Part shown: piece by piece, positions 28,547 to 42,476 of the stretch
Layout of the letters: the number at the start of each line of letters is the position of its first letter
Numbering within the stretch: the first letter of the stretch is position 1
DNA from: Phallusia mammillata
Lineage: Eukaryota
NCBI GenBank assembly: GCA_965637545.1
Contig: OZ281499.1
Location: 19,468,001 to 19,532,000, forward strand
Direction: 5' to 3'
Length of the DNA: 64,000 nt
Notes under the pieces: generated by a model
The model's database searches: none
Seen by the model: the letters and a program-made list of their open reading frames with translations, nothing else
Told to the model about the DNA's origin: nothing
Translations under genes and position numbers: made by a program

Positions 28547-29221
28547 ATTTTATGACATCGCTCGGTTGTTTATTTTGTTTTTTTGTTTTTCCTTAGATTT
28601 TTTGATCAGCGCACCCCATCTTATTTTGCAAAATGCTACGGGCTTTTTCAATATCCCTAAACTTTTTCAATGCCCCTAAACTGCTCTCTTCAGTTTTTAC
28701 ATTCAAGTGTAAGTCATTACAACATTTTTAAATACTTTGGCAAGCATTGTATTTGAGACTTAAAAAGTCGTTTGGGGCAAAAACGCTGAAAGGCATTTGT
28801 TAAAAAATTTTTTGATTGATTGTGAGTTTGGGGTCTTTTGCAAGCATCCATGTTTAGACAGTCTTTCGGACAGTGCGTCCAGACACGCTAAACATTTTTT
28901 ACTTTTTTTCAATTCCTTGTTTTATGACAACATATTGCCTTAAGTTTGCATATTGCCTTAAGTTTTAAGTTTACATATTGCCCTAAGTTGCGGAGCTTCT
29001 ACCTCATTTGACTGGATAAACCACACTCATTTCACCGTAGAAGTCAATTTATTGTACAATTTTTAACATATCGGTTGTTTACAAATCATTAGACACAAAA
29101 ACAAGCAAGCCAAATCCAACGCATATAGAATTCATAACATTGCAAACCCGTTTTCGGCCAAGGTTTAATAACACTATCAGCAACGTCCTAATCTTCAAAA
29201 CTAAACTCAAATACTCGTTTT

Positions 29222-30717
29222 TCAATACTGGTCTGCATACGCTTTACTCCAACCCACAGCCCGTGCATTAAAATCCAACTCGCAGTTTTGAGGCGGAAAG
29301 AATACACCACGACCTGCTAAGTCTCCTTGCTTTCGATGTGGGGCAACTCGGTGCTGTCGTGCATCAAACTTGATTTTTGCCACTGGGAGGCCGTTTACCA
29401 TCAGTGCCCGTCTAGCGGTGCCGTTAAATTGCTGCGGCTCGTCTTGGTACTCCTCCCAATTGTTGTCGACGTTGTGATAGTAGGTCGGTTCTCGTGGAGC
29501 CAAACCAGCACGCTGCTGTGCCCGGAAGTACGAATCAGCCACATTCCAACGGCGTGTGCCAGCCATAGATGTATCATCGGGAAGAAAGTAGTCAGACTCC
29601 ACTCTTGCTCGCCATTCGGGCGGTACTTCGCTGTGTGGACTTAAAACTAGTCCATGCTGGCTCTTCATTGCCTTATTCACTGCGCTTTTCATCATCTGCG
29701 ATGGCATATACTTTACTGATGAAGACGACTGCTTTGATCTGTTCCAAGGGCTGTCTCTGTTGGGCAGAGGAGCTGGCGGCGGCTCTTCACCCTGTTCTTG
29801 TTTTCCGTCGCTTGGCATACTTGTGAACTGTTCCATCCTATTCTTTTGCTTGATAAACATCTTTCCTCCTTTCGAAGAACTTCTGAGGTTGCGAGGATTC
29901 TGTAAGATTCAGAAGGCCGTTGTTGTATTTATTTCAAATGTTTTTGAAATTGTAAACTTTTTTGGGGGGAGGGGAGTTGTCGTGTCGGGATTTGGGTTCG
30001 GGTTTCAGTTTAAAAAGAACGGACTTGATTCGCGCCAAGCTTTAAACTAGGCTACTTTGTAATTTCATCTTGGTATGTCCAACTTTCGGACCTTATTCTA
30101 ACTTTATTGTAACAAATCTAGGGCTTGGGCCGGGTTTCTTGATCGTAGGTTCGCCCCAATTTCAGACCTTTGCTTCGTACACACAGCTGTTATTAGAGTT
30201 TCCTTAAAAATTAAAGGTTACAACCAAGTGTACACACACACACACACCTGTTATACTTTGCTACAGCAAAGTAATCACACTACCGTGATGTACGTAATGT
30301 AATAAAACTGTACATACACATATCATTTATGCTTACCACGTCTGCCAAAAGCTTGTAACCCCGGCCAGCTTTCTTTGCTCTTTCCTTTAACCGAACCTCG
30401 GGTGTAACTCGTCCGTCTTCTGGCGGCAAGCACTCGTTTGACCGCGGATACTCAACTCCTTGTGGCCCGTTACTCGGAGGGGCAAGCACGTACTTCGCGT
30501 TGGGTGGAATTCTTCCGCTATGGGAGACGGTGTGGTAAGTTCCTGGCTGACTTCCTGGGCTGTCGTACACGTAAACGTACACGCTGCCGTTCGGCTTCGG
30601 CGATACAGGAGGCACACCTTTCGCTACAAACTGGGTTTTCTGGCGTTTAGCAGTTGTTGGCGGTGCCACTGGCCTCCATGGCTTCAAATTTTTATAACCG
30701 AATTTATTCACAACCAT
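29222..30717 (-). CDS. MYOZ-like: myozenin/calsarcin-like Z-disc protein (~352 aa, 2 coding exons)
   Basis: Exons 30717-30337 (|gtaagc) and 29899-29222 (cttacag|), phase 0. SSKGGKMFIKQKNRMEQFT resembles myozenin NRGSKMFKLRQMRVEKF; C-terminal DFNARAVGW resembles myozenin SFNRxxxGW. In-frame stop upstream of ATG 30717. Confidence 0.7.
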
Positions 30718-32343
30718 TTTTTTGTTGTTTTACTCCCTGGACACGCGGCTGGCCCCTGAAGCTTGCTGCTTTAAGAGATGAGTAGGGCCTGTCTGTTATG
30801 CAGCACTACGTCAGGTAACGGCCTGCCGCGAATGCAGACCGGCTGCTCCCCCATCGTCGCGCTCAACCCATCTCCCTTGAGGATCCCTGTTTATCGTCTC
30901 TCGTCATCTCGGGTCAGCTGCAAGGCTTGGATCACTCGGAAAGCCGCCGAGATTTAATTAAACGCCATCTCCTCGTAGGAATTCATGCCTATGGAAGCAA
31001 TGCTACTTGCAGAATTGTAACTTGGCCATACATTATTGTAACCCTGACGGTAAACATTATGTTAACTGCGAGCTAAGTTTACCAAATGGGGAAAATGGGG
31101 AAAAAACATACAGACAACTATGGTTCAGGATTTAGGCACCACTTCTGGACAAAGAAAGATAAATTTCAATGCAAATGTGGAAGATATGAAGCCAAACCAA
31201 AACGCTGGTCCTATTACAACATTAGCTTCGCCATTAGCAATGACATATGTCAACGATTTGTCTTTTTAGAAATTGTCGTGGATGGGCAATATCTAAACCT
31301 CCAACAGCCGCCATGCATACCGACGATAACTGTGCAAATTGTTAAAAGACTCGAAATTTGAGAGAACTGTCTCAACTGCCAACAGAATCAGTCATTTGTC
31401 TTTTTACTATTTTTTATGCATGCCACGTTGATACAAATTGTGCAGTTGTTATTTTGAACCAACCGACCCATTTACATTCAACCTACTTTTAATTTCTTTT
31501 GCAGACGAGTTCTGGCTGATGTGTTGTAGAGCTAAAGCACTCTTCTGAATGCTCTAACCATCTTGTTGTTGTTTTAATTTTAACAATTTAGACAAATATT
31601 TACATTCTTTATTTCCATCTGTTATGTGCTCATACTTGAATTCATTTTCTAATTAACCAGAACTTTCTAGGAACTGTCCATACGCAGCAAGCTCATCAAT
31701 TGCTGACAGCACATCCTAGAAACCTTAGATTGCATGGTTTAAATTTACTACTTTTTGTATTGCTCACAATCCTTAAACAAACAAAAGCATAATGTTGTGT
31801 ATTCGGAAACTTTGTCGGAACGCCGTCAAAAACATACCACGTTATAATGTGCTATGTACAGTTAAAAATTACAGGCACAATTTTCTGATGGAAAATACAA
31901 TCAAATGTATACCACCCATACCTCTTCAAGGAAGTCATAAAAATGGTCCAATTTTAAACGCTTTTCTTGTTTCATGTGACAATATGCCATTTTCTTTGTA
32001 TTTCCCGTTTTGTTTTTGTTTTAAAACAACTAAAGGTTTTTGGTTGGAGCACGTTCGTTGAAACAAAGACTTAAGCGTTTTCAATTGCCCTGGTTTTGAA
32101 AATTCCCAGGCAAAATCCCCCACACCATTATAAAGCCACCAACTGGCATTCGATACCTTATATATAAGGAATCTTGACCAACCCATCATACAAAAATGCA
32201 AGACACAATATGACAAAATCACTAGCACTTACGCTTAACTAAATTACAACGCTACCAGCATACGTACAAAACGAAATCGAATTGAGCTCACAACAGACTT
32301 AACAAAAAACAAGTGCATGCAAACGGGTTGAAAGTTATACAGT

Positions 32344-35300
32344 TCATAAGTCACAACTGGGTGTCCACTTCATAGATTTCGCGCTGGAAACAAACCGTGG
32401 CTTTGGGGAAAAGGCGACCCTTTGTACTGTGGGTGGCATGACACCCTGGTTTGTATTAATTACTGAATTGTTGGGACTTGTCGGGTCAAAGGTACTGCAT
32501 GGTACACGGTTTGCGGTGAACGTCGGCTTCGGGGCGGAAATCGTTGATGACGTCACTTCGTTGTAAGATGGTGGAGGCGGAAGCAGAGCTGTGACGTCAG
32601 GTGTGCTGTTTACTGTTCCTGGAGCCCATACGGCGTAAGATTTTGCTTTTGTGGTTTGGTTACCTGATGTGAAAACTTCGGACGACTCCTGATTTGTTTG
32701 TTCTTGTGGACCGTTTTCGTTTATTTCATGTCTAGTTCCTTGATCATTCTGGTTGTTTTCTTCTATCTGTTTTACATCTTCTTCTAAAAAACGGATTTTG
32801 AGGTTTAAGTCAACCCAAGATTCGTTACTTCTTTTTGTACCATATTTTGCACTTAAATACCAAGTTATGCGCATAATACAAGTTTGTTTGATAACACACG
32901 CCAAATCGTTCCTCTAAACTATGCCAAATCGCATTCACTTTTTTAAACCGCATCATAAGCCTAGAACCATTAACTGACAAAGCACTTTCTTACCATAAGC
33001 CACCACTGTGTTTGGATTTGACTCCGAACTCAAAAACCGACTCAAGTCAGGCTTAGGGGCGACTTTGGGCGGAGGACCTTTGGGCGACAGCGCTCCTCCA
33101 GTGAAAACATCATCTTGTACAGCCTGCTCTGTAGGTCTTCCGGACGATGATGTCGACCCCAGATCGTACGATGACGTCATAGACGATGTTGCCGAGTTGT
33201 TGGAGTCGGAGGCAACGTCATCAGTGCTTACGAAATCGGCAGCCGATGGGGGTCTTCGCGCGACGTAGAATTGTTGATAATGAAATGGATCTTTTGATTT
33301 ACCTTTTCTGTTTGCACTTGGGCGTCTCTGCGAAAGAACAACAAATATTTCAAGTTGGCATAAAAATAATGTGAAAACGTCAATCATTTTGACAGAATTT
33401 ACTCACTGACAAACAATTAATAGTCGTGTAATAAAATTATAATCGAAATCTGTAAAAGAAATGTAAAACAGAAGAGCGACTACGATACGTGGTTTGACCT
33501 ATAAGGTATCATTACTGTCGCTGGTGACAAGACCTGCCCGCTAGTGTATCCACCTATCCACCTTATGGAACTACAGTTAGTTTGGATTCATTAAATAACA
33601 TTCGTGTTTACCCACAATGCGTCAATCTCACTTTCTTGTGAGCCACAGTCATATAAGGCGTTATAATACGGTGTAGCTGTAGAGCGTTCAACCAATTATC
33701 CACAACTGTGCCTCTCAGTTTTTTGCGCTTCCCAACAGTTTAACGTTGCTTAGCCTTTTTCGGCTTTGTAATGGTTTTAGCTCCATTGTGTTCTCGCTAT
33801 GTTCACCAAAAGAATTGAAGATTCATTAAAGCATTAGTTAAAGGCTTGAAATACTTACAGGTGAATCGGAGTCTGATACTTTACGGAATTCTCCCATGAC
33901 ATTATTCATCTGCTTGCGACTTGAGCTATCTGGTGCCACCTTCTGGTTATTCCACGAGGTAACCTGGGGAAGAGCGATCTTTGCATCTTTGCTGCCGTTA
34001 CATTCTTTGGTGTAGCGATCCATTCGCTTTTGCTGTTTCTCAAACATTTTTGCTCCTTTTCCTTTCATTCCTTAAAAAATAAATCATGTTACAAACGTCC
34101 TGTTGTCAGAGGTCACCAAACTTTTTTGAACTGAAATAGCATTGGAGAGAAAATAGTTTGTAGTATTTCAACAACATTATACATATACATTTAAACCCAG
34201 CTTTATGTTGAGCAGTTTTAACACCATGTTACACCTCCCGTTAATTTACACTGCAAGACACCCGTTTACCTCCTGCTATGCTCCCTAAGGCTTGTGGTTT
34301 TGCCTGATGATGATCATTATGTCGGTGATCGGCGTTGGTGTTCTGAAGGTAACTGACTTGGGGAGCAGCAGCTGGTCCTGTTACTGGTTTGTTGAAGTGT
34401 GGGGTATAACTGTTAAATATAGGAATTTGGTTGAGAAATACTTTCAACAATTACATGTATAAACCAGCTAAGAAAATTGGTTCAAAACTTGAGCCCGAAC
34501 CTGGCCGGAATACAACATTTCTTTTCAAATCAAGCCCATTGACTCGGAACTTATATTTACAAGGTGAAATAAGACACAAAGCGCAATTCCCCCAAAAATG
34601 CCGTTTTATTTAAACTAAAGATCGAAGTGATAACTGTAAAATATATGCAATCGAATAAGGCATATATTTCAGTAGCTGTTACTTGGCCTATGCAAGTTCT
34701 GTTAAGCAATTTTAAACGGATAAGTCTGAATTTTCTGCTGCAAAATCATTGAGGTCCGATATATATGCCAATCTATTGTAAAGTTCTCAAACTGAGTTGG
34801 TTTGAATGTGTGGTGTTCTGCAAATCTAGATTAAAAACAAATTTATATGATACAAAACTACCTAAGTTTACCTGTTGCGTGATGGTGGTCGATCTTTCAC
34901 ATTGCCTTTGCTCTCTTCATCCAAGATCGCACCCAAAGATGGCGATGACTTGTAGACTAGTTCCATCTTCGGTTGATACATCCCCTTGGTGGGGTCAAGC
35001 AGTTTTATACAGGCTGCGATTTTGGGTTTCTTTTCTTCTTCCGGTGGTTTACTGAGTGGTGCATAAGAAGATCTACTATTGTAACTTACGGATTGCTTCG
35101 TACTTGGCACCTCCTGTGTTGGTAATGAATTCACTTTTTGAGTTTGCATGCAACTTGGCGCTTTCTCCAAAGGATGCTGGTTTGTTGGTGTATAAGACGC
35201 ATTGCCATTGCAATAACTTGTTTGTCTTGGGCTTGGCGGAGGTGCTGCTGGAGCAGAGGGGGCAAGGTCTTCATTTTGCTTATCCTGCACTCCAAGCAAG

Positions 35301-38300
35301 TTTACTACAAGTGTGTGAGAATCTTCCATGTTGTCAGATATCGGTTGTTTTGGGCTAAGTGGCGTTGAAGGTGGTATTTGGTCCATTTTACTACCATTCA
35401 CACTTTGTACAGTAGTGTTGGGGCTAACTGGGGTAATTATTTGGGGTCGTTGGGGGCTGCGTTGGTATGGAGATGGCGAGCGTTGTCGAATTGGTTCTTG
35501 CAGGAGCGCTACTGATGGGGAAGGAGCACGTATGTCGTGCGTCATCGATTGTTTTGGTGACATGGGGTTGTTTTTTGTAAGTTGTGCCACCTGTGCTCGA
35601 GTTGGAGGCCTCCACGTTGACGCCACTGCGCTCTGACGTGGACTTTTTGGGGTCGGAATTGTCTCACTGGCCCAGGAACATGGATAGGCCACTGAGGGGC
35701 CCTTGTCTGCTAAAATAAATCAAATGGTTTACCTTTAATATAAAAACGGGTAGTATGGACATCACTAACTATGAACGTTTTATTCCTATGTGATACAATG
35801 GGAAACCTGTGATGGGGCTACACGAAACGCGTTATTGTAGTTGTACATACTTTTAACAATTTTAAAGATAAGCTTTTTGCTTCTATTAATCGTATAAAAA
35901 GACTATTAAGTTTGCAGACAAATTTTATGTTTTTCTCAGAAGTTGATAATACCGAACATGTAACGTTACTGAAAGCATGTAACTTTTGTTTTAACGCAGC
36001 GTATCTCACAAGAAAAAAATAATTAAACCAGTGATACATATGGTGCCTTATCTGAGATATTTACCTTTCTTGGTGACCAATGAACCGCTCGCTTTGGGCT
36101 GAAACTTGACACTTGTCCACGACTTTTCTGGCTTCGTGTAAAAACTTGCATCTGTGGTGGCTTTCGTTTCATAAAGGTTGGTTGGTTGGGGCTGAATCGG
36201 AGGCTGAAGAACCAGTTTGTTCACGTTCTTTGTTGGGGCCTTTACACTTTTAAATTTATTACGCGGTCGTGGCCTTGAGTGACCTTGGTCGCTTTCGTAT
36301 GATAACTGGATGTTGCGTTGAGGCTGTTCATCCTCGGAGGACCAATCAGCGCTTGTGAATGATGCGTTCTGGCCGTCATCGACCCAAGGTTGCTTCTCAG
36401 CAGGTCGAAACTTGCATAGCTGTGGTGTAGGCTTCGCTTGCACCTGAAGACCACTAATTCCATTCGTTGCACTCCCAGCGTTTGTTGAATGATTTTTGCC
36501 TCCGCTTGTCGAATGTATGTTGTTGAACGACACCGGGGTATAACTTCCTTGGTCTTCTTGCTCTCTAGGGTTGTACGCTTGATTCACAAAAGCAATGGGG
36601 CCAGGCGATGCTGTTTGACCTCTGGAAGTTACTTCACCACTCGAGTTGGACGTTTCAGGTTTTTTTCCCTGAACCACAAACTTTTCCATGCGTTCTTGAC
36701 GCCGAGCAAAGAGCTTTGCACCCTTGCCTTTCATGTTCATTGCGTCAGCTGCCAAATTCCTGTGTTGCTTTTGAACAATCTAGAAATCAATATTTTCAAA
36801 TACTTCGCCTAGTTAAAGATGTACTCATGGAAACAAAAACACTGAATATTACTATGTTTGAATAATGCTAAAGTTTCTTAAAAAATGCCTTTCATTATAG
36901 GTTTATTGTTAATGGCGTAAAGGTGAACTCAAGGAATCAAAAAGTTTAGAGCTGATTACGCAAACACTTTGGCTTATATGTCTTGGTTCTTGGAGTGCTT
37001 TCCTTAACTTTAAGATTATTGATAATTGCATTTTGGATAAAAAGTATCCGACCATTAAAGCAAGAGAAATGACTTTTTATTTACCAAGTAAACAAAATTG
37101 AAATCTTTGCAGACTAAAATAACAGTGTGAACCTGTTAAGTACTAGTTTTCTTTTCTGTGTTGGCTCAAATATAATCAGTGGTGTAGTTAATTAACAGAG
37201 TCATCAAAAAGCTGCAGCTGCTTACTTGTTGTGCTGGACTTAATTTTTGATCTCGTTCCAGTACGTTGTCTGGACCTGGTTTATCGTAAACCGAAATCTC
37301 GTCGTCTGTGGAAAATGGAAATACTGAATCTGAGTCTTCTTTTTCGGAGCTTGAACTCTAAATAGAAAATGTACAGACTTTAAAACCACAACTTCTCATA
37401 AAATGTAATATGCTGCCGCAAGTGACACGAACACATTACCAATATATATTAATTGGAATAACGTTAGATATTGAAAGAGCTATTACAGTGTCACTTTGAT
37501 TTTTCTCTTCTTCTGCTGGTTGTGTTCCGTATCCGACGATAGCAAATCTCTCTGATCTTCGCCTTCGCTTCTGGAACATTCGAGAACCTCGCGTATTTGA
37601 TTGTCGGTCGCGTAAAAGACGCGTTATGTTCTTGCAGACTCTTTTAGCCTCCTGCTTGCCTGCTCTAGTTGCAGCAGGCAAATGGTCTATAAAACATACC
37701 CGTGTTTAAAAGTTATGTTAACAAAGCACAACAATTTTATACCACTACTACTTAACACATTATTTTGGTAAATCAAATTATAAATATATAATGACGTCAC
37801 TACACAATGACGTCACACTTTGTTATTTTTACAGCGGCACAATGCGTAAAGCAAGTGCTAAACTTTTATGCCTATTAATGCTTTCTATTTTAACCTAATA
37901 TGTCGTAATACAAATCAGTTTAATCTTGAATGTACTGACCGTTAGATTCAACCAGAGACAGGCCTTCGTATCTCCATTCTGCCGAACACAACATTTATCT
38001 CTTACTGTTTGCTTCAACCTCTTATTAATTAACCCGTTCAAATGAAACCTTTTTTTCGTGGGCCGCAGTCTATACAGCTGCGAACCTATCAACGCCTTTG
38101 CTACTAATGTATTTCGCAACTAATTTATTGCTTTGCCTGTCTACTGGCTTTCCAATAAACAGTTTTGACTTGTACGATTAAACTGGGTTTGTGGAAATAA
38201 CTTAACATTGTAAATGTAAAAAATACTGAACAAGCGTTTCGTCCACCATGTTGCATATTTAACAACTTATAACAACATATACAACCAGTGTTTTTATAAG

Positions 38301-39008
38301 GCAAATTTCTCCAGCGGTTTCCCACAATTTGGACTTGCAATTCGTTTAAGCAAATATGGCTATTTTTTGGTATTTAAATGAAACACTTGCGGTCTCTTAA
38401 AACTACTTAGCGGTCACCCAAACCAAACCTTTAAAAAAACCTGTATACAACCAGTATTTTGTTACAACTAGTGTATACAAAAACTAATATGTTGTTTTGC
38501 ATCACGCCAGTTAAACAACAAATTCGTTAAATCGTAAATGTAAAGCAAAACATATTATATGGTCACCTGTGTGTTTTACTGTAGGTGAAACGATACATGT
38601 CTCAGCTTCATTATCTTCTGGCCTGCGTTCAAGAATAGTCTTAATACACTTGATTCTATTTGAATAAAGAACTGAAGATGCTAATTAGGCGAAATATATA
38701 TATTCCATGTATATTCATTTACTGGATATGTTATTTGCACAATATTTTCTATTTCATTTAATCACTTGTAGCGCTTCAACACAAAATCAAATTTGCGTGT
38801 ATTTTGACTCATGAAACTACTTGCAAAATTTGTCGGTACATCACAATATTTTTTGTTAATATCCCTTACAATTTATTCCCAACAACTAACACAAATTTCA
38901 TTAACCTATACAAACTCACCCTTTGTGATTTTCATGCCTGGCTTGAGCATCCTCCAACGAGGGACCTATGTAAGTCTCTGTATCGTCTGCCTGATTTAAG
39001 TGACTCAT
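32344..39008 (-). CDS. SYNPO2-like: synaptopodin-2 (myopodin)-like actin/Z-disc protein
   Basis: Phase-consistent exons 39008-38920, 38655-38567, 37686-37487, 37357-37226, 36779-36065, 35709-34872, 34409-34270, 34070-33859, 33327-32994, 32783-32344. Motifs KQEAKRVCKNITRLL..RGSRMFQKRRRRSERFAIVGYGT, KGKGAKLFARRQERMEKF, KGKGAKMFEKQQKRMDRY, PPPPSY and PKPRF..W match synaptopodin-family hallmarks. The first two exons and the start are less certain; no PDZ seen. Confidence 0.85.
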
Positions 39009-40439
39009 TGTTTCAAAGCTGGGGTAATGTTGCAAGTTTGACCCTTTCAATTACGCTTGTGCCAATCTCCGGTTTTTATTGCACACCACCATTGCAGCCT
39101 GTGCTTGGATCTGCTCCTATTCTGTGTGTATTTTTAGATCTGACGCCGACAGGCTTGCCGCCTCAAGTTATGTCAGTTGGGAGTTGTTATCTGCGAGTCC
39201 TGCGTGGAGATGCAAGGCCTTGACAGTTGTTTCTCTAAGGATGCTGTCTGGTATAGCTTCCGATTTCCAAAATCTTTGTCAAAAATACTATTACAACAAC
39301 ACATTCCAAACCCCTTTTAAAATTATTTGAATAAGTCCATCAACGCTTGTTTCGCACCATTTTATCAATCTTTTATGTGACTCAGGTGGTTATGAACGAA
39401 TGTCACTGATGAGGCCCCAAATATTACAGATGAGCATTTGGCATAAGCATTTGCCGAAACATTTGAATAATAAAACATGTCGCTTTTACGTCTATTTGGG
39501 CGGTTATTTTTAAACATTAAACTTTATAACAGATCCGTGTATAGTGAATTAAATTTTGCTACATTTTTAAGTAAATTTGGAATAAAGTTAGTCAATAAAA
39601 TTAACATCATTACAAATGCGACAAAACGTGAGTAATTTCGCCAATTTATTATGATTTTGATTTGTATTCAATTTCTTTGGCATTTTCGCTTCCTTGAAAC
39701 ATTTTACGACAATATAGGCACTCATATGCTTCCCTATAACCTACAGAGCGCTTGGTGCTTCTTAAACGAGTTTTGCAACGTAAGTGACCGAATCTATGTG
39801 AGGTTAAAATCGGATTCTGGTCGGGATTTGCATTCACAACGTGTCGTGTTTGTTCTGTACGATTTTGTCATGGAAGCGATCGAACATAAGTGAGGTTTTG
39901 ACACTCTGTGACGCAATATGACGATAGTTAAAAGATAGCTGATGATTCAAGCATTGAAAACGCGTTCTGGAAACTATCAAGGCACTCCAGACCGTCGCGT
40001 GTTAGACCATGTCTTCGTGTTGTTCACACATAGCTTGCCTATATGATATTTATGAATCATCAGTGAAGACTTGGTCTTTCCATGTCCAATACGATTTAAG
40101 GCTATTGTGAACTTTTAGTCAGGTCTTGTTTTGCTGAAATCCCAGTTACGTAAATACTTGTGAAAAGATTTTTCAGCAGGCATTCTCACTTTCAAAATTG
40201 TTGGGAAGACCTTAAATTTGTAAGGCAGTATATAAATTCTATAAGGTTATTTGCATGTAAGCATCCCATGTGTCACGTGAACTATCTAATATCACAAAAT
40301 TGAACTTCAAATTGTCGTTCGATCCTTTACGATGCCTTTACTGTTTGGCGGGCCGATTTTTCAAAAATAACAACCAAAATATCATGGACATGACGTTTAC
40401 AACTTTTTTAAACTTTGACGTAAAGTTCATTAACACAAG

Positions 40440-40625
40440 TTAATGAGTCACGCATGTTTTAAGGTGTTATAGTAATTCAAGTTGATTAGATAGTAGAAAC
40501 GGTTACGCAGTCCTACTCAAGTGCGACGCCTGATAGTTTGAATGACGCGCGACAGCTGCATTGTGACGTCACGATATCTTGCATTCCTCTGGGAAAGATA
40601 TAACGGCATTTGGTAAAGGTGTCCA
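40440..40625. promoter_or_regulatory. candidate muscle cis-regulatory module upstream of SYNPO2-like
   Basis: AP-1 tgagtca (40444), T-box aggtgtta (40462), CRE half-site tgacg (40543), E-box cagctg (40553) and palindromic gtgacgtcac (40563) within ~130 bp. Confidence 0.35.
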
Positions 40626-42476
40626 TTGCATGTAAAGGTGGGACTAGAGCTATCTACATCAGAAATCACTGCACTCACACAATTAAACTACAAGTATTCA
40701 ACATTTTCACCGCATATGAAAAGAATCTTTGACCACTATTATGGTAATTATGTAAACCTGCGTATTGACCCACAGCAGTTAAAATTATAAGACTTCACAC
40801 AAACTCTAAATAAACGAAGCGAGTATTAACATATATAAACAAGTGAGCTAGGATAATGAGACAACTCGAAGGTATCTCTATCCCTTAATCTCTAATCTCT
40901 AAATTTCTAGTCCATGTGTCCTTTTTATCTGAGGTTCACTCCCAATCAGGGGTTCGCGGACGCAAAGAAGTGAGGCTTCCAGGAGTCCGTGAATACAAAC
41001 GTTAAAGATTTTACAGATATGGGGTAATCATGCTTGGGGTCAATGTGGTTCGTTACCAATACAAATAAAATAAGTACCGCTTTAGGACATAACCAAACAC
41101 AAAAAGAGATTTTTTAAGGTTAGATTTGGAAGCGTTAGATTTTATTGTGTTTATTTGCATTTTTGTCTGATTAACAGATGTTTGATTTTATAGAGAGACA
41201 ACACTTTACAAATACTTTTATGTTTACTTATGTGAATGGACATTTAGTTCTAGCTTTATTTCCTACATGTACAGTTGCCTTTACAAATAATTTATTATTG
41301 CATGAATGTTTGGCGCCAGCTTAAGGGTTTGATCCAAACACCACGACACAAAACTTTTTGATACAGTTCAGTCTTAGCGTATTTTTTACACACACTAAAA
41401 ATATTAAACAACGCTGTGTCGGAAATAATTCAAAAATATTTTGTAAAAAAAAAGTTTAATAGAAAAAACTGGCCAGAAGGTGGCGATATAGATGCTGTTT
41501 ACAACTAAATATGTGTATGTCCGTGCTTTATTATTACCTGACTATTATTGAAATTGGTATGAAGTGTGCATTTTATTTACAACTTCAACTAAAATACACT
41601 TTGATTTTAAAGTAAACTAACAAAATATAAAATATAACAAGCTATGACCTGAACCAAAACGAAAGGACAAGCAACGTCTAGTTTATTGATACAAAACTAA
41701 ATTTTGAATCTTGGCAAAATTAAGGCACTTAAAAAAACTACGTGTTCACTAGAATATCAGATAACATAAAAAAAACGCCTCGTTAAACCGACACATATGG
41801 CACAGTAAAAACATCACAAATGAAAAATTGGTCACTGCTAAATTTCATATCAAAGCAGCTTCAAAGATTAAATTCTTGCTTGGACAATCTTAAATTGTTT
41901 GCCCTGTTTGCTTTTAAGTGTCGCGTTACACACAAAAAAATAATCCAACTTGAAAGGAAATTGTGTCTTTGGCGACTTGGGGGCGCACAAAAGGTGTTTA
42001 TGGGGACGGCGGTTATGCACTGCTGACCAGGGTAACAACACCGTCAACGGCTTCTGAATCATTTAGTAGCTCACGTGCTATAACCCAAAATTGAATAACA
42101 ACAGATGTTGTGACAGAAAAACCCGAAATAATGATTTTCAAATATCAGAAAGTTCTGGAATATTTAAAACCGTTCTTTTATGCTGACCAAAGCACCAAAA
42201 CGCACGAATTTTGGTTAAATTTCGCACAAAAAAAAACTATACAACTATTACCACATTGTTCTGTTCAATATTTTTCTAAAAAACTAATACATTTAATAAT
42301 ACTTAAATTGTTTTTTCACAAATTATTACACTTTAAAAAATAGGCCTACACTCCTTTCAAAACCAACAAAAGATCAATTGTAACTGTAACTAATGCAAAT
42401 ATCAGCATGACAATAGCACGCACGCAAACGCATTGTTACTGAGTATTTTTAAATTTCAAACGGTTTGTTTTAAAGT

